NCBI GenBank assembly: GCA_030324005.1
Contig: JARDVH010000025.1
Location: forward strand, 40,164,836-40,228,835
Length of the DNA stretch: 64,000 nucleotides
Direction: 5' to 3'
Source: Negaprion brevirostris
Lineage: Eukaryota
Shown here: positions 12,281-24,884 of the stretch, piece by piece
How the letters are laid out: the number at the start of each line of letters is the position of its first letter
How positions within the stretch are numbered: position 1 is the first letter of the stretch
The notes under the pieces: generated by a model
Seen by the model: the letters and a program-made list of their open reading frames with translations, nothing else
What the model was told of the DNA's origin: nothing
Database searches by the model: none
Translations under genes and position numbers: made by a program

Positions 12281-14134
12281 CTGGGGAAAGAATTTGTAAT
12301 TTTTGCTTAAAATGGAAAAACCACCGTACAATTCTAAACTAATTTCTGTGAGCAGTACTGCTGATCTCGAGTAGAAATCATATGATAGTCATCAAAAAAT
12401 CCTCACTTGAATTTGAGTCAGAGACATTAGATATGCTGAATTGCCAAGTAACTTTAGTCTACAAATTCTTTTCCCCTTTGAATTTGAAATTTTAATCATC
12501 GAGTCACAGAGATTTACAACATGGAAACAGGCCCTACGGCCCAACTTGTCCATGCCATCCTTAGTAAGTCACAATTTTTTCAAACACTATATTCATTTAC
12601 ATAAAAGCTCATGAAGAGTGAACTGGCTGGCCAGTATTCAGCAAGGGGGAAAATAAAGAGAGAAAAGGAAAGCTACGCAGACAGAAAAGAGAACATGTGT
12701 AATGTTCTGATGCTTGGGTTACTGATAAGTTAAGCAGGCCAAGTTCTTTTACAGGCATGTGCTCTGATGCTCCCTGATTTCTGATAATCATTGCTTAAAG
12801 TTGGATAAGGCCAAACTCAGTAGCTGGAGAATTCAGATTTCAAAAAATGAGGTGAAAGCATCCTGTGGGAAATCCTGGGGATCAACAGCAACAGATTAAG
12901 GATTAGGGGCATATTGAAGGGGATTGGAGCTCAAAAAGATAGCTGAAGCTAATCATGTTCCAGAGTTGAAGGAATTTGGCCAGCTCCTGCAATTTCCCAA
13001 TAGAAGAGAATCCACAATACAATTTGTCCTTCTGCAGTTAGGTAGGACACGTGGTCAGACAGGCGCTACTTCTGCCACCAATATTCTAAATAGTATCACT
13101 TGGTGCTGAATAATCAAACTGTAAATCAAAGAATCACCAACAATCGGTCAAGCGACTGTCTGAAACTCAGAATAACTACACTTAAAAAAAACTGACCATC
13201 TCACTTTTGTTCACAGCAACATAATACAAAAAGTCACTTTTAAAGTTGCAATTTTTTACTGGGTGGGTTTCTACACGATGTATCCTTAAAATGGTAAATG
13301 TTCTAAAATATCCCACACCAAGTTATACTGGTACTGGAATATTGTGCATTTTGTACAGAATGGAATTTGTTCTATTTCCCAAGCATGGAGGGTGAACCAA
13401 GTTAAAGGCTTGGATTTGACCTGTTTTAGATTGCGGATGTTTGTTGGGCTATTCTCACAGAGTCAGTTGCAGAAGTTATTTTTAAATACAAGTTGACAAC
13501 CAGAACGGACTGTTCCCATTTCCTGGCAGCTTTGATTGCATTTCCTAACAAGAACAGGCAAGGCTCAGAGCTTCACCTTGTCGCTCCCGGAGATGAGTAA
13601 ACGGAAGTTGGCACTGTTGTTTCTATGCTCATGAATGTGAGGCTATTTATAACTTTAGGCGAAAGGGAAAGCAGGCGACGTCAGGAGCAGGGCCTTCTCA
13701 GAAAAACTTGAAGTGTCGAGCAGGCGAGAAAACTGGAGGTTCTTTTTAATGCTTCCATCTCTACCTCTTGGCAAAAAGTGTGGCTTCAGAACCTCTGAAA
13801 AATACTCACTGCCCCACAAGCATGCAAGTCTCCACTTCCCCCACGATAACATTTTTGGACTTGGAATGCCAATTTTGGGAGCTCTCATGCTGTAGGCCTC
13901 AGGCTAGTGAGCAAATTTCTGTGACTTAACAAACTGAGTTTGTGTCAAACGTTAACAATCTGGGCCGCACTCAATCGCACGTTCTCAAAATGAATGAGAT
14001 TGTGCTGGCCCACTGGACCCAACTACACCTCTCCCAACTAAGAAAAAGAGATGCACAGTCATGAGGAATAACTCTACATTCAAAACTAGAATTCCAGAAG
14101 GGAATGTGATTATTGTTCTTCGATCATGGTATAC

Positions 14135-14271
14135 CTTTATGTCTCGATGAGCTATTTGATTGTCATGAAGGTATTTCAATCCTTCCAGGATCTGTTTGGT
14201 ATAAAATCCAATGGTCTGTTCATTGTCCTTCAACGGGCCCCATTTTGATCGTAAGAGAGCAGAGAGGCTGC
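14135..14271 (-). CDS. MAP3K5: MAP3K5 coding exon (approx. exon 17), [45 protein letters not shown]
   Basis: HRD catalytic loop; ASK1-like [13 protein letters not shown]; acceptor atgaacAG, donor AAG|GTATAC; 137 nt. Confidence 0.96.
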
Positions 14272-14358
14272 CTGTTCATTTATGTAAATATATAAAAACA
14301 ACAGATCAATAAAAATGTCCACAAGAGCCTAGATAAACATTGTGAGGTTGAATTTCCG

Positions 14359-14360
<2 letters not shown>

Positions 14361-14433
<73 letters not shown>
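14361..14433. repeat. (GT)n microsatellite running into a gap
   Basis: Perfect GT dinucleotide run of at least 73 nt. Confidence 0.98.
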
Positions 14434-15992
14434 NNNNNNNNNNNNNNNNNNNNNNNNNNNNNNNNNNNNNNNNNNNNNNNNNNNNNNNNNNNNNNNNNNN
14501 NNNNNNNNNNNNNNNNNNNNNNNNNNNNNNNNNTGATCTTATTGAATGGCGGGGCAGGCTCGAAGGGCTAGATGGCCTACTCCTGCTCCTATTTCTTATG
14601 TTATGTTATGCTATGATTCTGAGAACAGCTAAGGAAATGAATGGTGCATGCTTCAATTCTTCCAGAATATGCACTAAATATGATTAAGTCTGTAAAGATC
14701 AGCAAAGCTATTTATCCTACATCTTAGCTGGTAATTCACACTAAAAGCTTTCGCATTAATGCAGACAAAGGAAAAGTAACACATTTTCATATAGTGCCCT
14801 GCCACATTCTTCCGACGTTCCAATTTTGAAATGTGATCCCTTGTTTTGTAGGAAAGGATAGCAGCCAGTTTACACACAGCAAGGCCCTAAAAATAGCTGA
14901 ATGCTGAGCTAAATATAATTTGATAGTGTTGCTTGCACATGGGCCAATCGACCAGGCGGCGTTCAGGTTTGTTCACCATTCCCAATCCAGTGTGGGATAA
15001 AATGTCTGGGATGAAATAAGGTAAGAGAAAAATGATTAATGGCTGCAGTGTTATGCTGCCAGTTGCTTGACTCTGCATGATGGAGAGGATTGGCAGTAGT
15101 TTCTGATACAATTATCATTGCAACAATACTGCAGGTACTGAGGCAGCTGTCAGCCATCAGGGAGCTCACTGGAAATGCCTGCATGAACCATCACTTCTCT
15201 GAGCACCCACCCTTTCAAAGTACGCGGTACACACTGGCTGGCCATTAATCGGACAGTTAAGCCTGAAATCGTTCTCCGGAGCCAAGAGTGTGTTTCACAC
15301 CCACTTCTCAGCCCGCTGACTATGCATGCCTGACGGATGACAAATTCATGATTAAGTCTTATAGTGAAGACAGACAGAAAATAACTGTTCAACAGCTCAG
15401 CCATTTCCTTTTATTTTTCATGACCAATTTCCTAGAAGCACTATGTAGAGGACCAATGCTCATTTTCGTTACTCTTTCTCGCTAGCTGTCTCTTATATTT
15501 TCTCCCTCTCTTTATTCAGTCATTCTTTGATGCCTACTAACTGAGCCTATCCAACATAGGCATGTTAACCAGAATGCACTGTTGATTTTTTAATAGATAG
15601 AAACATTAACCACTTAAACTCCGGCTGTCCATAAGAGAAACCTTTGCCTGTGCTGAAACACGGGTCAAATAAATACCAACCTGAAGCACACAGGTGGTCA
15701 GTCTTAAAAGGTTAACTACAGTGTTGTCTTAAATCAAGACAGGTGCCACATCCTCTCAAAAAAGTACAATAAAAGGTTGCTTTATTATTAATAGCTTTAA
15801 GCACATCAGAGAAATTCATCTTTTATGCTTCACCCATCTTAAGATAACTAAAAAATATTTGGTAATGTGGCACTTAATTTTAAACATTTACATTTACTTT
15901 CCTGTTCGTTCAAAACTTTCCAAAACTGAGGATGGATCTAGTGTCCGGGCTTCTTTTTCATTCCATATTGAATAGAATATAAACAAACATAC

Positions 15993-16120
15993 CTCCAGGA
16001 ACCTGCTCCATAAATATCTTAATGAAACCATTTTCACTGATAGAGCCCAGATATTGTACAATGTTCTTGTGCTTGAGGTGCTTGTGAAGCGCAATTTCTT
16101 CATGGAGAGGTTGGGAATAC
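15993..16120 (-). CDS. MAP3K5: MAP3K5 coding exon (approx. exon 16), [43 protein letters not shown]
   Basis: Acceptor atgtctgtAG, donor GAG|GTATGT; 128 nt; alphaC and hinge region. Confidence 0.96.
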
Positions 16121-16939
16121 CTACAGACATTGACAGAAACACAACCGCTTAAAAACAGGAATCATAAATGACCATTTTTCACCTCATTTTAAAGTGTTTC
16201 ATAAAATAGACTGGGGTAGAAAAATGTACACATGATCCAAGGATTTTTCTTTAGTTAAAAATACCCTTTCACTGATTTAGGAATTTATTAAATCTTCTTG
16301 GCCATCAATAGTGTGGAGATCTTTAAATAATGCTTTATCACTTTGTGCTAGTACTGAGTCAAGGCGCAGCATTTCCCTACCTCCAGGTGGAAGGCCGGGG
16401 GATCAGGTAAAGTGTAAGGGAGCCTTGATGGGATAGTTCCAAAGAAGTTTCCTGGCAGTGGGTTTGCACATGGAACAAGTGCTCGCCACACAGATGCAGG
16501 CAACTCATTTAAATAATTAAAGTCCTTTCCTCGGACAGCTGTGGGAGACTGTTAACTTTGGGAAGGAAGCCTACCAGAGGCAGGCCACTGAGTCACTGGA
16601 GATGGAGGTTTCATGGCCCAAAGAGGAGGTCATGGGTAGGGAAGACCATCCCCACTGCCCCGTGGGGTTTTGGGCCTAACTTTCTCCTTACTTCTCACCT
16701 TTGAGGTGTCGCAGCAGTGCCTCCCTTTCCAGATGGTGCAGTGCCACCCTCTTTCTTTATAGCTGCCAGCCATGTGACAGGCTCAATGTATTGAGAGCCC
16801 ATCCATGGTCTTTATTTGGACAACGAGCTGGGGGGCAGCCAATTAGGAGGCCATCCCCAGGAAAATAGTGGAGCTGGTCCTGTTTCTCATCCCGATTTCA
16901 GGTTCCTGAAGCTCACAGTTAAATCCTCTGATTTCAACA

Positions 16940-17610
16940 TGCTGGACCTTGGCATCAGGAAGCCATGGGTTCAGTGTCACTCCAGAGGCTTGAGCACATA
17001 ATCTAGGACCAATGCTTCAGTGCAGTGCTGAGGGAGTGCAGCACACTCAGAAATGCCATCTTTCAAAGAGGCATTAAATTAAAGCCTTTTTACCCTCTCA
17101 GATGGATGTAAAACAAAGAATAGGGAGACTTCCTGATATCTTGGACAACACTTACTCCTCAAATCAACATTGTCAATAAAGATCATTCCGTTGTTCTCAC
17201 TGCTGTTTGTGGGTTTTGCTTATTGAAATTTAAGAACATAAGAAATAGGAGCAGGAGTTGGCCATCTAGCCCTTTGAGCCTGCCCCGCCATTCAATAAGA
17301 TCATGGCNNNNNNNNNNNNNNNNNNNNNNNNNNNNNNNNNNNNNNNNNNNNNNNNNNNNNNNNNNNNNNNNNNNNNNNNNNNNNNNNNNNNNNNNNNNNN
17401 NNNNNNNAGATCTCTCTGCAGACTTTCCACACCCTCCACGCAATTTGCTTTTCCACTCATCTTCGTGTCATCAGCAAATTTCATTACCCTACACTCAGCC
17501 CCCTCCTCCAGATCATCTATGTGCCAATTATTATATCTGGAAAGTACTTAATTGGGTATAAAGTGCTTTGAGACATCCTAATATTGCCAAAAGCACTAAA
17601 TAGATAACTC
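16940..17610 (+). mobile_element. SacSINE1/DeuSINE-like ancient SINE split by a CR1 insertion (17233-17520, minus strand)
   Basis: Deu-domain-like cagtgctgagggagtgcagcac...gccatctttc; the tail aagtgctttgagacatcc resumes after a CR1 piece encoding KFADDTK; related fragments at about 380-630, 14810-14945 and 20280-20375. Confidence 0.6.
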
Positions 17611-18141
17611 CCTTGCTTTCATTCTGAATCAGCATCATCACAGAATAACTGGCAGCACTGTTGATAAATCATTGTCAGCATCCTTAGTATTGTTAAATGC
17701 ACAGTTTAGTTCTTATTGCTCTGTCCAAAAATGAAATACCAATAGTTGGGTGGAAAGTTTCAACCAGATCAGCACAAAGAAAATCTGGGTGCAGTGGACT
17801 AGCTACTCCACCCTAAAGGTGTCCGCTTGTTTTAATATTCATTTAAATTAACAGAAAGTGAAAACAGGTGGGCCCTGTTCCCAGGTCTCTTCCTTCCCAA
17901 ATATCTGTTTTGTACTGAGAAAGAAAATGCTTATCATCCAAGCACTAAATATCTGAGAACCCTTACCAATGTCCATCAGAGTAACTGCCCAAACACATTT
18001 CCTGCATGACTCTCACAGCCAGCAAACAAAGGGAGTCTCCGTCCCAATCTGGGGAGATTTGGAAACCATGGCAACCTTCAGTACCTCAGTTTTTGTTATT
18101 AAGAGTCAGTGCTTTCATTCTCAGGTCTTGCTGTTAATGAA

Positions 18142-18479
18142 GGGGCGGCACAGTGGTTAGCACCGCTGCCTCACAGCGCCAGGGATCCAAGTTTGATTCC
18201 AGCCTTGGTAACTATTTGTGTTGAGTTTGCACATTCTCCCTGTGTGTGCGTGGGTTTCCTCCAAATGCTTTGGCTTCCTCCCACAGTCCAAAGATATGCA
18301 GGTTAGGTGCATTGGCCTTGCCAAAATGCCCCTTAGTGTCCGAAGATGTGTAGGCCAGGGGGATAAGTGGGGTAAATTTATGGGGTTACAGAGGTAGGTC
18401 TAAGCAGGATGCTCTGCTGGAGAATCACTGCAGACTTGATGGGCTAAATAGCCTTGTTCTGTCTTGTGGGATCCTATGA
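18142..18479 (+). mobile_element. V-SINE/HE1-like SINE, tail A
   Basis: Head ggggcggcacagtggttagcaccgctgcctcacagcgcc and family body. Confidence 0.85.
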
Positions 18480-18655
18480 CACTACTCGGCAAATCCATTG
18501 TCACAAACAAAAACAGTGGTTACCAAAAGCTAGATGTTTTGGATTCTGCATGCTGCAACCTAAAGCTTCCAAGCTTGAAAGGAAGTCTGATATCACATTA
18601 CATGCAATTTGCATGGACAACTGTTTGCTTTCTCAAGGTATTCACAGTTACTTGC

Positions 18656-18789
18656 CTGCTGTCCCTTTCTGGGATCTCTTTGATAGCAATTCTGACCTGA
18701 TTGCTAAGGTCTCTACCTGCATAGACCATTCCAAATGTTCCTTTACCCAATATGACCTTTTCTCCATTCTCATCATATTCATAATCATA
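18656..18789 (-). CDS. MAP3K5: MAP3K5 coding exon (approx. exon 15), kinase subdomains [48 protein letters not shown]
   Basis: Gly-rich loop GKGTFG and catalytic Lys (IAIK); acceptor gtcttgcAG; in-frame donor is non-canonical AG|GCAAGT; 134 nt. Confidence 0.94.
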
Positions 18790-18986
18790 CTGCAAGACAC
18801 AAAATGGAAAAAGAAAAGTAAGCAATTTATACTGATTTTACTCTACTCTTTGGGTTTTTATATTACCTGTGCAGATTAATAAATCTAAACATGAATAAAT
18901 TTGAAGTATGATGAAATCCGTTCTTTATACCATGTCCATTGTTCACCATGGGAAAACACCAGTAAACATTTCAAGCAACAAAAATC

Positions 18987-19263
18987 CACAGTGCTCAGCA
19001 CTGCTGTCTCACAACGCCAGGGACCCGAGTTCGATTCCTGGCTTGGGTCACTGTCTGTGCTGAATCTGTAGGTTCTCTGTCTGCGTGGATTTCCTCCAGC
19101 TGCTCTGTTTTCTTCCCACAGTTCTAAAGATGTGCTGGTTAGGAGCATTGGCCACGCTAAATTCTCTCAGTGTACAGGAACAGGTGCCTGAGTGTGGCGA
19201 CTTGGGGATTTTCACGGTAACTTCATTGCGATGTAATGTAAGCCTTTCTGTCACTAATAAATC
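18987..19263 (+). mobile_element. V-SINE-like SINE, tail B
   Basis: Family body; tail gggattttcacggtaacttcattgcg...cactaataaa. Confidence 0.85.
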
Positions 19264-19790
19264 AATTTTAACTCCATGTTGCAACTTAATGATGAGCACA
19301 TTTACTGAGGACAGTTTTGATATTTGGGTCCCGATTTGCAGACTGTGCTGGCTGGCAGCCCAGTCCACATGCTCCACTATCCTGTCACAGAGAAAGCAGC
19401 GGCTGCCAAATCCTAGATCAGTTGGATCTCCGCCTGCTGTGATCCAAAATTGTTTTCAGGCTAAGTAACTTGTTCTCATATTATCTGCCTACACACAGTT
19501 TTTGTGTGCAAGAGGGGGCGATTATGATTTTGATGCATTGGCCTCAGCTGTGCAGGTGAGCTAAGGATGCTAAACCAAAGTCTTGAAGCAGCTGGCAGCT
19601 CACAGCTTCAGGAATAATCAGCCATTTAAGATGCCAGCAGAGAGACAAAGGAATGTACTTGGAGGAGGATCGGCCATGGTGACAATGCATGAGGGGGTGC
19701 GGGGATAGTTAGCCGCAGCTCACAAAGCCAATCTGGAGCCAGCACTCACTCCTCCTTCTAATTTCACAAAAGAAAAATACATTGTATTGA

Positions 19791-20110
19791 AGTGGCACAA
19801 TGGCACAGTAGTTAGCACCTCTGCCTCACAGCACCAGGGACCTAGGTTCAACTGCGATCTCGGGCAACTGTCTGTGGAGTTTTCACATTCTCTTCGTGTC
19901 TGCATGGGTTTCTTCCGGTGCTCCAGTTTTCTCCCACTGTTCAAAGTGATATTGGTTGGGTGGATTGCCCTTCGTAAAATTGCCCCTAGTGTTGGGGGAA
20001 TTAGCAGGATAAACGTATGGGGTTAAGGGGATAAGGCCTGGGTGGGATTGTTGTTGGAGCAGACACGATGGGCCGAACGGCCTCCTTCTGCACCATAGGG
20101 ATTCTATGAT
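19791..20110 (+). mobile_element. V-SINE/HE1-like SINE, tail A
   Basis: Family head, body and tail. Confidence 0.85.
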
Positions 20111-21045
20111 TTTTGAACTTTTTTTGGCATTTCCTGATTGGACGTCCAGTGCAAAGCGTGAAACGTTTGCACAGCAGACTGTGTACCAAAATGTAGAGAA
20201 CTGGTCAACCCACAGAAAAAATGATTAGATAACATTAAGTGTTAGAATAGTGAAGTAGATAAGAAAGAAAGCCATGCATTAAACTAGCATTTTTCATGAC
20301 CACCAGAGGTCTCAAAGTACTTTACAGCCAATGAAGTATTTCTGAAGTGTAGTCACTGTTATAATGTACGAAACATTCCTGTTGTAGTGTAGGATAAAGA
20401 AAATTATTGATTAGATGGGCATAGTAGGTGTCCAGAGTGTTCTCCTCCCCCCTCCAAAGTGACTGAAAGGGGCCATTTCGATTCATAGCATGCATAGATT
20501 ATTTGAATTTAGACCTAGAGGAGCTGATATCAAAATTTAATTAGGACACCAAAAGAGGAATAATTTTAATATTTTAATAGGACAAAGGAACCTGAACATG
20601 CAAATCGAACAGACAGAGGAAGGGGCGAAAAGTGACTGATGGAAATCAATGAGTGAGGCTGTTCATTTTGGTGAAAACATGTTAACAGCAGCAATTCTAT
20701 TGAAAATGAAAGTAAGCTTGGTTTTGTGAGATCGCAGAAAGATGACAGTATATATATATTCACAGGACTTGATAACAACACCTCAGGCTGAAGAGATGGC
20801 AAGCAGCTAGGGCTGAAATTTTCCAGCCCAGACGCTGTGGCACCTGCCATAGGAGATTCGGTGTCCCAGTCAAATGTCCACCAATTTTCAGCAGGACTGG
20901 AAGATCTCAATAGCAGGGAACAAAAGGAAAATCCCACTCTCGGTTTTATCACAGAGATGGAGAAAATAAAAAGTAACAATATATTCAACAGTATGATCTC
21001 AGTTCGAGGATTGGTACAGTACTGAGCTCCACAATACAAACTTAA

Positions 21046-21300
21046 AATTTATTTTAGTCACAAATAAGGCTTACATTAACACTGCAATGAAGCTACTGTG
21101 AAATTCTCCTAGTCACCACACTCCAGCTCCTGTTTGGGTCAATGCACTTAACCAGCACATCTTGGGAGGAAATCGGAGCACCCAGAGGAAACCCACACAG
21201 ATACGGGGGAAAATGTGCAAACTCCACAGTCGGTGACCCGAGCAGGGAATTGAACCCAGATCCCTGGCGCTGTGAGGCAGCAGTGCCACCGTGCTGCCCC
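21046..21300 (-). mobile_element. V-SINE-like SINE, tail B
   Basis: Family head and body on the minus strand, tail B. Confidence 0.85.
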
Positions 21301-21690
21301 TTGTGTTAGTTAACAATAAATGTCATACTTCAACCTTTGGTGTCAGGTTTCTTCATGTAAGTGACCAATTTGAGACCACCAATTCCCAGATCACCTCAGT
21401 TGTCCGTAAGGCAATCTCTTCATGAGGGAAAACCCACTCTGGGCCAATGATCCATCGATGAAGAAATAGGCACATTTTGTTTCCACGGGGCTGGAAATTG
21501 GGATTAAAATTCAAAATATGTCAGGGCTAATTATAGCCAGGATTAAAACGGGGTCTTGGGAATTCAACAATGGAAAAAATTTGTCATTGGAGCACAAGTT
21601 TAGCATTGTGTGTGAGATGTTCAATGTACATTTTAGGAATGTACATTGAACAAGGAAATTTCTGGAAAACGACTGCAGATATGGAAGAAC

Positions 21691-21990
21691 CATAGAATAG
21701 AATACCAGCAGTACAGAAGGAGGCCATTTGTCCCATCGAGTCTGTACCAGTCTTTATTCCCGTAATCCCACACATTTACCCTGCTAATCCTCCTGACACT
21801 AGGGTCAATTCAGCATGGCCAGTCAACCTAACCCACACATCCTTGTGGGAGGAAACCTGAGCATCCAGAGGAAACCCATGCAGACATGGGGAGAACATGC
21901 AAACTCCACACTGACAATTAACCGAAGCAGGAATTGAACCCGGGTCCCAGATGCTGTGGGGCACCAGTACTAACCACTGTGCTGCTGGGC
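21691..21990 (-). mobile_element. V-SINE/HE1-like SINE, tail A
   Basis: Family sequence on the minus strand. Confidence 0.85.
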
Positions 21991-22230
21991 CACCCCTATC
22001 TTCCCTTCTGATCTCTGCAGGCTGCCTCTGAGCGTCTTGCAACTATGTCTGACATTTGCATACGATTGTGGCACAGATAATTGGACAGGGTAGGAAATTC
22101 CAGTCAGGTTTTACCCACATCCCGGTAACAGTTTGACAGCGGCCTCTGGTGGGGCTGGTGGCTCACCGTGACAAGTGGGAGAGCACAGTCCTGCCACCAT
22201 TTAACAGCGGCTGGAAACTAAATTTTCACC

Positions 22231-22530
22231 TCATAGAATCCCTACGGCATAGAGAGAGGCCAATCGGCCCATTGAGTCTGTACCAACCACAATTCCACCC
22301 AAGTCCTATCCCTGTAACCTCACGTTTTTGCCCTGCGATTCTCTCTGACATAGCATGGCCAATCAGCCTAACCCACACATCTTTGGACTGTGGGAGGAAA
22401 CCAGAGCATCTGGAGGAAACCCATGCAGACCTGGGGAAAATGTGCAAGCTCAAGACAGACGGTGACCCGAGGCTGGAATTGAACCCAGGTCCCCGGTGCT
22501 GTGAGGCAGCAGTGCTAATCTCTGTGCCTC
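22231..22530 (-). mobile_element. V-SINE/HE1-like SINE, tail A
   Basis: Family sequence on the minus strand. Confidence 0.85.
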
Positions 22531-24519
22531 CGGCCGCATTATTCCACCACTCTTCCACCCACTGTTAAATTCACTGCACAGCATTCCGAAAAATATTACC
22601 CCACTCAGGTGTGAGCAGACAAAATTTTTAGCTGTGCTGTTGGGAACTTCAGTCAACCAAAACTCCATTAGATCTTACTGAAATCCCACTGCCAACGCTG
22701 AGCTTATTCCATGTCTATGATGAATTAAGATATATAGTATCAGATCTGTATGTGGATTGAAATAAATCAAAGGTGGAGCATATCTTATTGGCTGAGCATT
22801 AAATGAAAAAATTGAGAGATGGAATTTCTCTTGGGTGCAGTTAGCAACCTGAGTGCAAATAGTTGCCAAAATTGAACTAAAATTTGAGAATTTTCTCCCC
22901 TCACATTTCTGTTCAACCTCGTTTATAATTCAAAATCTACCATGTCCAGAATATTCAGGCAATGTTTTAGAAAATATTGGGTCAGATTTTAAAGATGCTG
23001 CCCGATTGGTGGAATACGCTCCCACTGATTCTCAGAACAGCACTGCTATTTGATGCTCGCTTGGCAGTGGGCGGGTCTTCAGACTGCCCTTGGAAGGAAG
23101 TCCCACCCGTCAGAGCTGTCAGTCAATCAAATTGACCACCAGTTCCTGAACCTGCAGTGACCAGAAGTGGTGTTGCAGAGGTCTGCCTGGAACAAAGTCC
23201 CAGGACCATTGGAAAGGCACGTCCTGGGGATGCTGACGGCCAGAGGGAAGGGTCGCCCTGGGGTTCAGGAGGAGGGATGATTGTGGTATCCGGGATGAGG
23301 AGGGAGGCAGTGAGGCCTGGTGTTCCAAGATCCTGTAGGGGCAGGTGGCCCAACACTGAAGGGGGGGGTGCCTTTCTGCCTGAGGTAGAGAAAAGTTTTC
23401 TTTCTGTTTCCCACCCTCCCNNNNNNNNNNNNNNNNNNNNNNNNNNNNNNNNNNNNNNNNNNNNNNNNNNNNNNNNNNNNNNNNNNNNNNNNNNNNNNNN
23501 NNNNNNNNNNNNNNNNNNNNGTGCAGCGACTAGGGGATTTTCACAGTAACTTCATTGCAGTGTTAATGTAAGCCTACTTGTGACACTAATAAATAAATAA
23601 CTTTAAACAAGATGTGGAAATTAATTCTCAATATATTTAAAATTCTGTTCCAGCCACTACTCGGAAAAGAGAAAGATACTTTCTGAATGAACTCAACCTC
23701 AGTTCATGCTGGCTAACATCCAGGTTAGTTTGAAATCCAACTCCAGACATGTGCGTGCTCTTTGCTACGCTGATCCAAAAAGATACAATTCAGGCAATTT
23801 ACAGTAATAAGTGAAATCAAGTTTTGGAATAAATCCAGCCTCATGAAACCACGATTCAGACTGCATCAATTTGCATCACTTCAGCTACATGACATTGCTT
23901 TGTTAGGCACTGAATCTTTGAACTCCCCCATTTGAAAGAAAAATGGTTATAAATGTACAAGATATGGAAGACACCACTAATGGTGGTTAAATGGCACTGA
24001 TATATCAATTATTGACAGCATATTTGGAAAATGAAGATCAAGTTCAAGTCCAGTGCGAGTTGCACAGAGATTGAATAAATTATAACAATGTGTGAGAAGA
24101 GTCATTGCTTTGTTTGAACCAAACAAAATTGGGAGAGAAAGAGCATTTTCTTACTTTAGTTACATGTACCAGTCAGTAAGAATAATGCACAGACAAAAGC
24201 AAAGGACATAATTTTCAGAAAATGCCCAAAAATTGAGACAATGAGAATTAAATTAATTTGAAAAGTACAAGATTTAAAGGCCAGAGTGAGTATCAGCCAT
24301 GGACCTAATCCCTCTTTCTGTCACGTAGTAATACACTTGCATTGTCAAACCGGTTGGAGCTGACCTGACCAAAATCCTTAAAATCTTGTATTGTATGCTT
24401 AACTTAATATTGTCTTGTAATTCCCAAAATTAACCCTCTTTAAAGTCTAGTTACTCAATTAAACCCAATTTGTGGGATTTAATCTTAAAAGGAAACAGCA
24501 TATTTAAATAGTGCCTTTA

Positions 24520-24884
24520 AAGTTTATTTATTAATCACAAGTAGGCTTACTTTATCACTGCAATGAAGTTACTGTGAAAATTACCTAGTCGCATTACGGC
24601 GCCTGTTCGGGTAAACTGAGGGAGAAGTTAGCACAGCCAACACATCTAATCAGCTCGTCTTTCGGACTGTGGGAGGNNNNNNNNNNNNNNNNNNNNNNNN
24701 NNNNNNNNNNNNNNNNNNNNNNNNNNNNNNNNNNNNNNNNNNNNNNNNNNNNNNNNNNNNNNNNNNNNNNNNNNNNCCCATGCAGACATGGGGAGAACAT
24801 GCAAACTTCAAAAGATTGTGACCAAAGCTGGGAATTGAACATGGATCCCTGGCGCTGTGAGCAGCAGTGCTAACTACTGTGCCG
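24520..24884 (-). mobile_element. V-SINE-like SINE, tail B (gap in the middle)
   Basis: Family sequence; isolated tail-B pieces also at 23521-23600 and 62775-62872 (+). Confidence 0.8.

Noticed and set aside
18142-18215. tRNA-like sequences with A and B boxes
   Set aside because: They are SINE heads that continue into the SINE body; no intact cloverleaf
18650-18651. Canonical GT donor 4 nt downstream of the GC donor
   Set aside because: It adds 4 nt and breaks the frame with the next exon
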